Below are positions 20,099 to 28,925 of a DNA stretch of 40,647 bases, piece by piece. The stretch comes from Deltaproteobacteria bacterium. Its GTDB lineage: Bacteria > Desulfobacterota > Desulfobacteria > Desulfobacterales > UBA11574. Numbering within the stretch: the first letter of the stretch is position 1; each line of letters begins with the position of its first letter. The notes below the pieces were generated by a model. It was not told where the DNA came from and did not search any database. It saw only the letters and a list, made by a program, of their open reading frames with translations. The position numbers were made by a program, and so were the translations under genes. Where the stretch lies: positions 1-40,647 of the forward strand of contig JAFDEW010000006.1 in assembly GCA_019310125.1 (NCBI GenBank). The letters are read 5' to 3'.

Positions 20099-21238
20099 AT
20101 GCTGCGTTCAAAACTTCCTGGTGTTGGTGTTACCATTTTTACGGTAATGTCCAAGCTGTCCAATGATCATAAGGCCATAAATCTTTCACAGGGATTTCCG
20201 GATTTTGATGTTCACCCGGATCTTTTGGATCTGGTGAACACCTATATGCGTTCCGGACACAATCAGTATGCGCCGATGCAGGGCGTTCCGATTCTTCGTG
20301 AAAGGATTGCTGAAAAAGCAATGAAATTATATAACGCAAGCTACGATCCCGAATCTGAAATTACCGTGACATCCGGTGCCACCGAGGCGTTATTCGCGGC
20401 AATTACTGCCGTTGTCCATAAGGGTGATGAAGTCATCGTTCTCGAGCCGGCATTTGATTCCTATGTGCCGGCCATTACGTTAAACGGGGGGGTTCCGGTA
20501 TATGTCAAATTTAAGTTTCCAGAGTATCGTATAGACTGGGATGACGTCAAAGACGCTGTGACGTCAAAGACACGGCTTATTATATTAAATTCGCCCCATA
20601 ACCCCACCGGAGCCGTATGGTCGCATGAAGACATAACCGCTTTGAAACAAATTGTTATGGATACGCAAGTGTTGATCTTGAGTGATGAAGTTTACGAGCA
20701 TATTATTTTTGACGGCCGCAGGCATGAAAGCATATCCCGCCATCCCGAGCTGGTTTCACGAAGCTTTGTCATCAGTTCCTTTGGAAAAACCTATCACACA
20801 ACCGGATGGAAGATCGGATACTGTCTGGCACCGGCGGTGTTATCCAGAGAGTTTCAAAAGGTGCATCAGTTTCTGACATTTGCGTCCAATACGCCGATTC
20901 AATTTGCCTACGCCGAATTCATGCGGAACCGGGATGTTTATCTGAACCTTTCAAATTTCTATCAACGAAAGAGGGATAGATTTTTAACACTCATTGAAAA
21001 ATCTCGCTTCAAACCCATACCCTGTCACGGCACTTATTTTCAGATGCTTGATTATTCTGAAATTTCCGATGAATCCGACGTGGAATTTTCAAAACGGCTT
21101 ATCCTAGAGCATGGTGTGGCTTCAATTCCACCTTCGGCGTTTTATCATGGAAAAGACGATCATCATGTGTTGCGATTCTGCTTTGCGAAAAAGGATGAAA
21201 CCCTGGACAATGCCGCGGAGAAATTATGCCGGATTTAA
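20099..21238 (+). CDS. ybdL: Class I/II PLP aminotransferase, YbdL-type methionine/glutamine transaminase
   Basis: SKLPGVGVTIFTVMSKLSNDHKAINLSQGFPDF is a typical YbdL/KAT N-terminus. The PLP lysine sits in SSFGKTYHTTGWKIGY. Confidence 0.78.
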   Translation: MLRSKLPGVGVTIFTVMSKLSNDHKAINLSQGFPDFDVHPDLLDLVNTYMRSGHNQYAPMQGVPILRERIAEKAMKLYNASYDPESEITVTSGATEALFAAITAVVHKGDEVIVLEPAFDSYVPAITLNGGVPVYVKFKFPEYRIDWDDVKDAVTSKTRLIILNSPHNPTGAVWSHEDITALKQIVMDTQVLILSDEVYEHIIFDGRRHESISRHPELVSRSFVISSFGKTYHTTGWKIGYCLAPAVLSREFQKVHQFLTFASNTPIQFAYAEFMRNRDVYLNLSNFYQRKRDRFLTLIEKSRFKPIPCHGTYFQMLDYSEISDESDVEFSKRLILEHGVASIPPSAFYHGKDDHHVLRFCFAKKDETLDNAAEKLCRI

Positions 21239-22008
21239 AAACCACGATTATACAGACCGAACTGGTATGGGAAGATATTGAGTCCAACCTTGCTGCATTT
21301 GATGATAAGATTAACGCCATCGAGGAGGATACACATCTTATCGTATTGCCGGAAATGTTTACGACCGGTTTCAGCATGAATCCCGCCGGTCTTGCTCAAA
21401 ACATGAACGGGTCTTCCGTAACATGGCTGAGAGAGAAATCACGGCAAAAGAAGGCTGACATCATCGGGAGTATCATCGTCACTGAAAATGGCAAGTTTTT
21501 CAACCGGTTGATATGGGCGAAACCCCAAGGCCAGATCTATACTTACGATAAACGGCATCTCTTTCGTATGGCCGGTGAAGAAAAAGTATACAGTGCCGGC
21601 CGTCAAAATATTACGGTTGAACTGCGAGGCTGGAAGATCAGACCGTTTATCTGTTATGATTTGCGGTTTCCGGTCTGGACGCGAAATATGGAAAACCGGT
21701 ATGATGCGGCTATATTTATCGCCAACTGGCCTGAAAGACGCTCAGCTCACTGGAAGTTACTGCTTCAGGCTAGAGCCGTTGAAAACCAGTGTTATGTTAT
21801 AGGGGTTAATCGCGTGGGAATCGACGGAAACGGTCACCATTATAGTGGTGATTCTTCAATCATCGACCCCCTTGGTAACATTATATTCCACAAGAAGAAT
21901 GCGACAATCACCCATACGGTGAATTTGTCCTATGAGACCCTGCAAAACGCCAGGGAATCCTTTCCCGTCTGGATGGATGCGGATAATGATTTGATTGGTT
22001 TTAAATAA
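21226..22008 (+). CDS. yafV: Nitrilase-superfamily omega-amidase (YafV-like)
   Basis: The Glu-Lys-Cys triad contexts are VLPEMF, YDKRHLF and ICYDLRFP. The gene overlaps ybdL by 13 nt. Confidence 0.78.
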   Translation: MPDLKTTIIQTELVWEDIESNLAAFDDKINAIEEDTHLIVLPEMFTTGFSMNPAGLAQNMNGSSVTWLREKSRQKKADIIGSIIVTENGKFFNRLIWAKPQGQIYTYDKRHLFRMAGEEKVYSAGRQNITVELRGWKIRPFICYDLRFPVWTRNMENRYDAAIFIANWPERRSAHWKLLLQARAVENQCYVIGVNRVGIDGNGHHYSGDSSIIDPLGNIIFHKKNATITHTVNLSYETLQNARESFPVWMDADNDLIGFK

Positions 22009-22148
22009 ATTTAATTCGTTGTAACAGCAGCTATCAACAATATTTTTTAAATATTCCTTGGCATACCTGTTGATTTTGATACAAAAAAGCCCCTTGAAGG
22101 AATCCAAGAAGCTTTGACGTGATCAACCAAAACGGTTGGCTTTTGGGT

Positions 22149-22235
22149 TGGTGCCGGAGGTCGGAATCGAACCGACACGGGGTTGCCCCCGCGGGATTTT
22201 GAGTCCCGTGCGTCTACCAGTTTCACCACTCCGGC
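22149..22235 (-). tRNA. tRNA-Leu (anticodon CAA), with encoded CCA
   Basis: The minus strand reads GCCGGAGTGGTGAAACTGGTAGACGCACGGGACTCAAAATCCCGCGGGGGCAACCCCGTGTCGGTTCGATTCCGACCTCCGGCACCA. The 7-bp acceptor stem pairs, the long variable arm is class II, and GTTCGATTC forms the T-loop. Confidence 0.92.
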
Positions 22236-22561
22236 ATTTGTCTTGCGATGTAGAAGTTTCGATGACTTACAATATTTTTGTCGACTCCTTTGACCAGTAA
22301 AATACGGCAAGTCGTATGCTCTATAAATTATTTTGTGTTTGAAAACAAGATAATTTCAAAACATCAGGAAAAAAACTATTTCGCGAAAATTATTTATTAT
22401 TATACAAGCAGGTTAAGTGGAATTTTAGTAACATCTCAATAAGTGCTGGTGCATTAAATGGTGATATTGAGCGACGGGGGGGTATAAGGGGTCTTTATTC
22501 CTGCATGTTGATGTTATGAACTCATGATGATTTCAAGTTCGTAGAAAGGCATCGTGTTTAT

Positions 22562-22990
22562 CTAACAATATTGGAATGCAACCGGTTTTCTTCTATCCCA
22601 AATCTTGCCTCTCCTGTCTGCGCCGCTTCGCCTTTCCAGCCCTGTATGCCCGGTACTGTCGGCCTGCCTGCGGTCGATAAATTCAAAGGTTATGCCCACC
22701 GGAACCCTGCTTTTGCGTCTTTCTATACCATTTCTGCGATCTTCTCTAAGATAGGGATAAATATTGTTTCTTGATACTGTAGTTTGTCTTGGAAAATAAA
22801 CGGGTTTTTTCTTAATCAAAGCCTTCTGCACGTCACGCCGAACAGGTATGACTCTATCCTTAATCCGTTCGTCAAGCATTTCTTTGATCTCTTTTTGCGA
22901 TCTTTTTTTTCCCTTTGTACGTTTTACAATGAGATTGATCCATGCACACAAGAGAAGAGCCAAAAAAAATATCAATATGACGTCTTTCAT
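22562..22990 (-). CDS. Hypothetical membrane-anchored, Arg-rich protein with [D/E]RR repeats
   Basis: It has one N-terminal TM helix (VILIFFLALLLCAWINLIV) and a very basic tail carrying ERRKSR, DRRQ, ERRSGADRRGKIWDRRK. I recognise no family. Confidence 0.45.
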   Translation of the reverse strand: MKDVILIFFLALLLCAWINLIVKRTKGKKRSQKEIKEMLDERIKDRVIPVRRDVQKALIKKKPVYFPRQTTVSRNNIYPYLREDRRNGIERRKSRVPVGITFEFIDRRQADSTGHTGLERRSGADRRGKIWDRRKPVAFQYC

Positions 22991-23233
22991 TTTCCCCGTT
23001 GCTCCCTTTGATCGGCTTTTTGGTATAAAATCTTGCCCGTTCTTAATTCAGAGTGCACACAAAAACCAACTTGCTTATAGGAACATTCTTTGGCAAAACA
23101 ATTATGAATCATATCATAAACTTGTGATTTTCATGTGTCAAGCAATTTATATATAATTTATATATAATTTTATAGAATTACAACATATTGCGGTTTATTA
23201 AACAAAATACCATTTAAATATTTGAGAATAAAA

Positions 23234-23668
23234 TTAAAAAGCTCCCAGCTGGCAGTATTTTATCTTGACACCCATGGCCTCGCAGGCACCGCTGACTTTC
23301 ATTTTGTGCATTTTAAATCGCAAGGCGATATCCCATGCGCTCTTGCATGGGAGTCGTCCCTGGACCAGCGCGTCAGAAATGGCATTTTTTAAATCTTCGG
23401 TTACCGTATGTTGAGGCTTCACAATCCTTTTTTTTGGCTGATACCCAAACAATCCCAGTTGGCATTTTACCAGCCTATAATTAATCAGGTCAACGGTCAT
23501 ACCCACCGCATCTGCTGACACTTGCAGCTCTTTTGCTATTTCAAAAGCAACCGCACAAGGAATTTCATTTTTATTAGTCCTTTTTAAAATCTCATTTTTA
23601 ATTAAACGGTCCGGTTTTGCATCCGGCCCGTGTTTTTCCACAAATCTTTTTCCATTTTGCAGAGCCAT
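23234..23668 (-). CDS. Hypothetical protein made of two copies of a Cys-containing HTH-like module
   Basis: A strong RBS (AAAGGAGAAAGG) precedes the ATG. The internal repeat follows PC..A..IA...(22)...CQLG.F, with one copy at about aa 36-75 and one at 106-144. Confidence 0.55.
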   Translation of the reverse strand: MALQNGKRFVEKHGPDAKPDRLIKNEILKRTNKNEIPCAVAFEIAKELQVSADAVGMTVDLINYRLVKCQLGLFGYQPKKRIVKPQHTVTEDLKNAISDALVQGRLPCKSAWDIALRFKMHKMKVSGACEAMGVKIKYCQLGAF

Positions 23669-24049
23669 TACCTTTCTCCTTTTATAATTTATATCTCGGG
23701 AATTTTACAAAAGAATTGAGTTGCCTATAAATATTTTGGCTTCCTTTTCAAGATGAATTTTACCAACAACCCATTTTTCCATTTTCCAAAGCTCCAGACC
23801 CGGACCGTAATTCCGGTATTCCATCATTTCAATTAGGGCGAGGCCCCTAAGTTTTTATACTACCATATTTTTTATAAGCAAAATACAAAATCTGTATTTT
23901 TCTTGAACTTAAAAGATCTGTCTGCTAATTATATGTTTTGATATATTTTGCTAAAATTTTATAAAAGCATGTTTAATAAACACATAAAACGTATTTTGCG
24001 AGCAAATCATACGGGTTATGATACTATTACATATTAATAACAAACGGTT

Positions 24050-25132
24050 ATGCCTTTTTTAATAAAACGAAAAAATACATGCCCAATTAAGGTCGGAAAT
24101 GTTCCGGTGGGCGGCAATGCGCCGGTTGCGGTCCAGTCCATGACAAATACATTTACTCAAGATGTTCCGGCCACTGTTTCACAAATTCAGCGCCTGGAAA
24201 GGGCCGGATGTGAAATTGTAAGGGTGGCGGTACCTGACCCGGAGGCGGCTGAAGCAATTTCTTCAATAAAGGAACAAGTATCTATCCCGATAATAGCTGA
24301 CATACATTTTGATTATCGTTTGGCCATCGCTGCGGTAAAGGCAGGTGCTGACGGGCTGAGACTCAATCCCGGCAATATCGGTAGTAATAAAAAAATAAAA
24401 GCGGTTGTTGACTGCGCAAAGACTTTTAATATCCCCATTAGAATCGGGGTGAATTCCGGCTCCCTTGAAAAAGACATCCTGAAGAAACATAACGGGGCAA
24501 GCGCAGAAGCCATGGTTGAAAGTGCCCTGCGGCATATTGATTTAATAAAGTCATTGGATTTTCACAATATAAAAATTTCGATTAAGGCCTCTGATGTACA
24601 TCGAACCGTAGAGGCTTACCGGCTTCTTTCCTCAAAAACTGATTTGCCGCTTCATGTGGGGGTAACAGAGGCGGGAGGGCTTTATTCAGGAATCGTCAAG
24701 TCGTCCCTGGGCATCGGAATGCTTCTTGCGGAGGGTATCGGAGATACGATCCGTGTTTCTTTAACACGGGATCCGGTTGAAGAGGTTCGGGTTGGATATG
24801 AAATTCTGAAAGCACTGGATATCCGGCGGCATGGGCCGGACATTATATCATGCCCGACTTGCGGGCGCTGTAAAATCGATCTTTTTAATATTGTGGAACG
24901 TATTGAAAAAGCTTTATTGTTAAACCCCTTGCCCATTAAACTTGCCATCATGGGCTGCGTTGTTAACGGGCCGGGAGAAGCCAAGGAGGCGGACCTCGGT
25001 ATTGCCGGCGGTGACGGCACCGGGATTCTTTTTAAGAAAGGAAAGGTCATAAAAAAATTTCCTGAAGAGAAACTCGTCGAGGTTTTACTGGCTGAGGTTG
25101 AAAAATTTGATAATTATAGGAATTCAGAATGA
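24050..25132 (+). CDS. ispG: 4-hydroxy-3-methylbut-2-en-1-yl diphosphate synthase (flavodoxin)
   Basis: It contains VGNVPVGGNAPVAVQSMTNT, RVSLT, and the [4Fe-4S] Cys ligands in ISCPTCGRC ... GCVVNGPGE. Confidence 0.95.
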   Translation: MPFLIKRKNTCPIKVGNVPVGGNAPVAVQSMTNTFTQDVPATVSQIQRLERAGCEIVRVAVPDPEAAEAISSIKEQVSIPIIADIHFDYRLAIAAVKAGADGLRLNPGNIGSNKKIKAVVDCAKTFNIPIRIGVNSGSLEKDILKKHNGASAEAMVESALRHIDLIKSLDFHNIKISIKASDVHRTVEAYRLLSSKTDLPLHVGVTEAGGLYSGIVKSSLGIGMLLAEGIGDTIRVSLTRDPVEEVRVGYEILKALDIRRHGPDIISCPTCGRCKIDLFNIVERIEKALLLNPLPIKLAIMGCVVNGPGEAKEADLGIAGGDGTGILFKKGKVIKKFPEEKLVEVLLAEVEKFDNYRNSE

Positions 25133-26649
25133 AAAAACAAAACAAAACTGCGATAACCCCTACTCGATCTCAAGATTATTCCGAATGGTACCAGCAGGTG
25201 GTCAAGGCGTCCCAAATGGCAGATCAATCACCCGTAAGAGGATGCATGGTGATAAAACCCTGGGGGTATGCGCTCTGGGAAAATATAATGCGCGTACTCG
25301 ATGATATGTTCAAAGAGACAGGGGTTAAAAATGCGTATTTCCCTCTTTTTATACCACTTTCTTTTCTTGAGAAAGAGGCCGAACATGTGGAAGGCTTCGC
25401 AAAAGAATGCGCGGTTGTTACCCACCACCGACTTGAAAAAGGGGTTAACGGCGGTCTGGAACCCGCAGGAAGGCTCAATGAACCTCTGGTTGTACGACCG
25501 ACTTCTGAAACCATCATTGGAGATTCATTTTCCAAGTGGGTGTCAAGTTATCGCGATCTTCCCCTCCTTATAAACCAGTGGGCAAATGTTGTCCGATGGG
25601 AGATGCGAACCCGTGTATTTTTAAGGACCAGTGAATTTTTGTGGCAAGAAGGACACACGGTCCATGCCACCGCAGAAGAAGCCGTTGAACGGACTCAAAT
25701 GATGCTCGATATTTATACCAGGTTTGCCGAAGAATACCTGGCCATCCCGGTAATCAAGGGGAGAAAGACGGCCTCGGAAAGATTTCCCGGAGCCGTAGAT
25801 ACCTTGTGCATTGAAGCAATGATGCAGGACAGAAAAGGACTCCAGGCCGGCACCTCACACTTTTTGGGGCAGAATTTTGCCAAAGCTTCTGAAATAACGT
25901 TCCAGTCTTCCATAGAAAAAGAGGAATATGCCTGGACCACTTCATGGGGAGCATCCACTCGCCTGATCGGCGGAGTTATAATGACCCATGGTGATGATGA
26001 TGGTATTATTCTTCCGCCCAGGGTTGCATCTTCACATGTGGTTCTGATGCCCATAATCCGAACCCCTGAGGACAGGACGACCGTTATGACCTATGTGGAA
26101 AGCCTGGCAAAAGAACTGAGAGATAAATTTTATTACCACCGCCGTCTTGAAGTGGAAATTGACGATCGCGAGATCGGGGGCGCCAGAGGATGGGAATGGA
26201 TTAAAAAAGGAATACCGTTACGGGTTGAAATCGGTCCCAGAGACATTGCCGACAATTCTGTATATGTTGGAAGGAGAGATAAGGGGCACAGAGAAAGAAC
26301 ATCGATTAAAAGGGATCGTTTTGTTGGAGAAATAACACATATCCTGGACGAAATACAGCAGACTCTTTTTGATCGTGCCCTTTTGTTTAGAAAAACACAT
26401 TCCATAACCCTGGACGATAAAAAAGAATTTTACAAATTGTTCACCCCGGAAAACCCCGAACAGCCTGAAATTCATGGGGGCTTCGCATTGTCACATTGGT
26501 GCGGGGAAGATCATTGCGAATCGAAAATAAAAGAAGATCTCAGTGTGACCATTAGATGCATCCCCCTGTCCGGCCCATTGGAAAAAGGCAAGTGTATTTA
26601 TTGCGGCGGACCGAGCAGTGGACGGGTAGTATTTGCAAAGGCATATTAA
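25129..26649 (+). CDS. proS: Proline--tRNA ligase (archaeal/eukaryote-like type lacking the INS domain)
   Basis: It contains DYSEWYQQVVKASQMADQSPVRGCMVIKPWGYALWE and class II motifs. A C-terminal zinc-binding domain (CGEDHCE ... CIYCG) is present. The gene overlaps the ispG stop (ATGA). Confidence 0.9.
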   Translation: MKKQNKTAITPTRSQDYSEWYQQVVKASQMADQSPVRGCMVIKPWGYALWENIMRVLDDMFKETGVKNAYFPLFIPLSFLEKEAEHVEGFAKECAVVTHHRLEKGVNGGLEPAGRLNEPLVVRPTSETIIGDSFSKWVSSYRDLPLLINQWANVVRWEMRTRVFLRTSEFLWQEGHTVHATAEEAVERTQMMLDIYTRFAEEYLAIPVIKGRKTASERFPGAVDTLCIEAMMQDRKGLQAGTSHFLGQNFAKASEITFQSSIEKEEYAWTTSWGASTRLIGGVIMTHGDDDGIILPPRVASSHVVLMPIIRTPEDRTTVMTYVESLAKELRDKFYYHRRLEVEIDDREIGGARGWEWIKKGIPLRVEIGPRDIADNSVYVGRRDKGHRERTSIKRDRFVGEITHILDEIQQTLFDRALLFRKTHSITLDDKKEFYKLFTPENPEQPEIHGGFALSHWCGEDHCESKIKEDLSVTIRCIPLSGPLEKGKCIYCGGPSSGRVVFAKAY

Positions 26650-26653
26650 TCTT

Positions 26654-26797
26654 GACGGTTTCGTAAAAAGTCCAACTTCTGCGTTGTGCTGCATTTCGTA
26701 ATCATTCAACGTACGAAAAGCACTTCTTATGATTACAAAATTTGCACGCCTTGAATTTGAACTTTTTACGAAACCGTCTAAATCGGACTTTTTACGA
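26654..26797 (+). repeat. 144-bp hairpin (MITE/REP-like) repeat, copy 1
   Basis: The 18-bp perfect terminal inverted repeats are gacggtttcgtaaaaagt (26654-26671) and actttttacgaaaccgtc (26761-26778). An extra half-repeat ctttttacga lies at 26788-26797. By hand alignment there are 8 mismatches in 144 against copy 2. Confidence 0.9.
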
Positions 26798-26812
26798 AAC
26801 CATTAAACTTCG

Positions 26813-28900
26813 ATGATTCGTATCAATGACATAATTGATAAAATTACAGCATATTATCCGGATGTGGATCTGGATATCATAGACCGTGCCTATATTTTCT
26901 CGGCAAGGGTTCATGATGGTCAGATGCGTTTGTCCGGAGAACCCTATCTTTCTCACCCCTTGGAAGTCGCCGGCATTCTGGCCGACATGAAGCTCGATGT
27001 GATCAGCGTTGCGTCCGGCCTGTTGCACGATGTGATCGAAGATACCCATGCCACCCCGGAAGAAATAAATGCAATGTTCGGCGAGGAAATTACCCATATC
27101 GTCTCGGGGGTAACCAAGTTGAGCGCTCTCCCCTTTAGCAGCAGCTCTCAGGCACGCCAGGCCGAAAGTATCAGAAAGATGATTCTTGCCATGGCCGACG
27201 ATATCCGGGTCATACTGATCAAGCTTGCTGACCGGCTTCACAATATGAGGACGCTTAAGTTTCATTCGGAGAAAAAAAGGGTAAAAATAGCGCAGGAAAC
27301 CCTAGACATCTATGCTCCTATTGCATCCCGTCTCGGTATTTACTGGATAAAAGAGGAGTTGGAAGACACCTCGTTCATGTATCTTCAGCCTGAAGAATAT
27401 TCTAAAATAGAAAATTATGTCAATAGAGACAAGGAAGAGGGTGAACAATATATCGAAACCGTTAAAAGCGTTATCAAGAAAAAAATAGATGAGCACAATT
27501 TAAACTGCGAAGTACTTGGAAGATATAAGTATTTTTACAGCACCTATAAAAAAATGATCTCTCAGAATCTTGAATTTGAAGAAGTATACGATATTATTGC
27601 GTTCAGGATAATCCTCGATACAATACCTCAGTGCTATGAAGCGCTTGGTTTGATACATTCGCTCTGGAATCCGGTTGCCAAAAAGTTCAAAGATTATATC
27701 GGTGTTCCAAAACCCAATATGTACCAATCCTTACACACAACAGTTATTGGGCCTTTTGGTGAACGCATAGAGATACAAATACGGACCCGGGATATGGATA
27801 GGGTCGCCAAATCCGGCATCGCAGCCCACTGGAGCTACAAAGAAGGTCGCCGTTTCGATGAAAAGATGACCAAAACATTTTCCTGGATTCAAAACCTTGT
27901 GGAACACCAGGAAGATTTCAGAGATCCGGATGAATTTCTGGAAAATGTCCGAATCGATCTTTTTCCTGATGAAGTTTACGTTTATACTCCCCGAGGAGAA
28001 ATAAAATCCTTACCCAGAGGCGCGACGCCTGTCGATTTTGCGTTTCTAATCCATACAGAAGTCGGAAATCAATGCGCCGGAGCCAAAGTGAACGGCCGTA
28101 TTGTCCCTCTTCAATATGAATTAAAAACAGGAGACACGGTTGAAATATTTACATCAAAAAAGGGCCATCCGAGTAAGGACTGGTTGAATTTTGTCAAGAC
28201 GGTCAAGGCCCGTTCCCGAATAAGACAGTGGATTAAAATTCAGGAAAAAGGACGGAGCATTTCTCTTGGCCGGGAGATGTGCGAAAAGGCTTTTCGCAAA
28301 CACCGGCTTAATTTTAATACGCTTTTGAAATCCGAAGACATGGATAAGGTTGTTGAGCATTTTGGCTTTAAGCAGATGGATGATCTGATTGCCAGTGTGG
28401 GGTATGGTAAAATTACCCCGTTACAGATCGTACGAAAAATTGCCCCCAAACCCGATGAGGAAAAAGAGCGCGAATCTTTCTTTAACAAAATCATAGGCCG
28501 TGTACGGAAGAAAAAGCCGAGCGAAGGTGTGGTTGTAAAGGGGGTTGATGACATCCTGATAAGGTTTGGCAAGTGCTGCCAGCCGGTTCCCGGAGATCCC
28601 ATAACAGGCTATATCACAAGGGGGTACGGGGTTACCGTTCACAGGACCAGCTGTGTCAATGCGTTGAAAATGAGCCCCGAACGGCAAATAGACGTGGAGT
28701 GGAATGTCGATGCTAACGATACATATCCTGTAAAGATTCGAATTCGATCTTACGACAGAGTTGGATTGCTGGCGGATATTACTTCCAATATCAGCAAAAA
28801 TGGCGCCAATATACTCAGCGCACATACGGAAACCCGGGAGAACAAGATCGTTGACATCTATTTTACCATAGCTAAAGAGAGTAGACGCGTAATCCCTTAA
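26813..28900 (+). CDS. relA: Bifunctional (p)ppGpp synthetase/hydrolase (RelA/SpoT homologue)
   Basis: The HD domain carries HPLEVAGIL ... HDVIEDT, and the synthetase domain carries YQSLHTTV. TGS and CC/ZFD (CCQPVPGD) segments follow. The ACT domain appears to be cut short after beta-3. Confidence 0.9.
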   Translation: MIRINDIIDKITAYYPDVDLDIIDRAYIFSARVHDGQMRLSGEPYLSHPLEVAGILADMKLDVISVASGLLHDVIEDTHATPEEINAMFGEEITHIVSGVTKLSALPFSSSSQARQAESIRKMILAMADDIRVILIKLADRLHNMRTLKFHSEKKRVKIAQETLDIYAPIASRLGIYWIKEELEDTSFMYLQPEEYSKIENYVNRDKEEGEQYIETVKSVIKKKIDEHNLNCEVLGRYKYFYSTYKKMISQNLEFEEVYDIIAFRIILDTIPQCYEALGLIHSLWNPVAKKFKDYIGVPKPNMYQSLHTTVIGPFGERIEIQIRTRDMDRVAKSGIAAHWSYKEGRRFDEKMTKTFSWIQNLVEHQEDFRDPDEFLENVRIDLFPDEVYVYTPRGEIKSLPRGATPVDFAFLIHTEVGNQCAGAKVNGRIVPLQYELKTGDTVEIFTSKKGHPSKDWLNFVKTVKARSRIRQWIKIQEKGRSISLGREMCEKAFRKHRLNFNTLLKSEDMDKVVEHFGFKQMDDLIASVGYGKITPLQIVRKIAPKPDEEKERESFFNKIIGRVRKKKPSEGVVVKGVDDILIRFGKCCQPVPGDPITGYITRGYGVTVHRTSCVNALKMSPERQIDVEWNVDANDTYPVKIRIRSYDRVGLLADITSNISKNGANILSAHTETRENKIVDIYFTIAKESRRVIP

Positions 28901-28925
28901 TTGTAAATTTTGTAAGTCCTTAGGG

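Noticed and set aside
22047-22310. 87-aa minus-strand ORF
   Set aside because: It reads straight through the tRNA-Leu(CAA) gene (22149-22235), which is a classic artefact.
23145-23173. Tandem 11-bp AT repeat (aatttatatat x about 2.6)
   Set aside because: This is low-complexity AT-rich promoter DNA. It is too short and too simple to interpret.
23705-23827. 40-aa minus-strand ORF (MMEYRNYGPGLELWKMEKWVVGKIHLEKEAKIFIGNSILL) in the leader of the 23234-23668 gene
   Set aside because: It has no Shine-Dalgarno sequence and no family I recognise, and it could be chance in a 380-bp spacer. It is worth a glance only if ribosome-profiling data exist.
26792-27265. 157-aa minus-strand ORF
   Set aside because: It is antisense to the HD domain of relA/spoT and begins inside the repeat element. 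No family resemblance.
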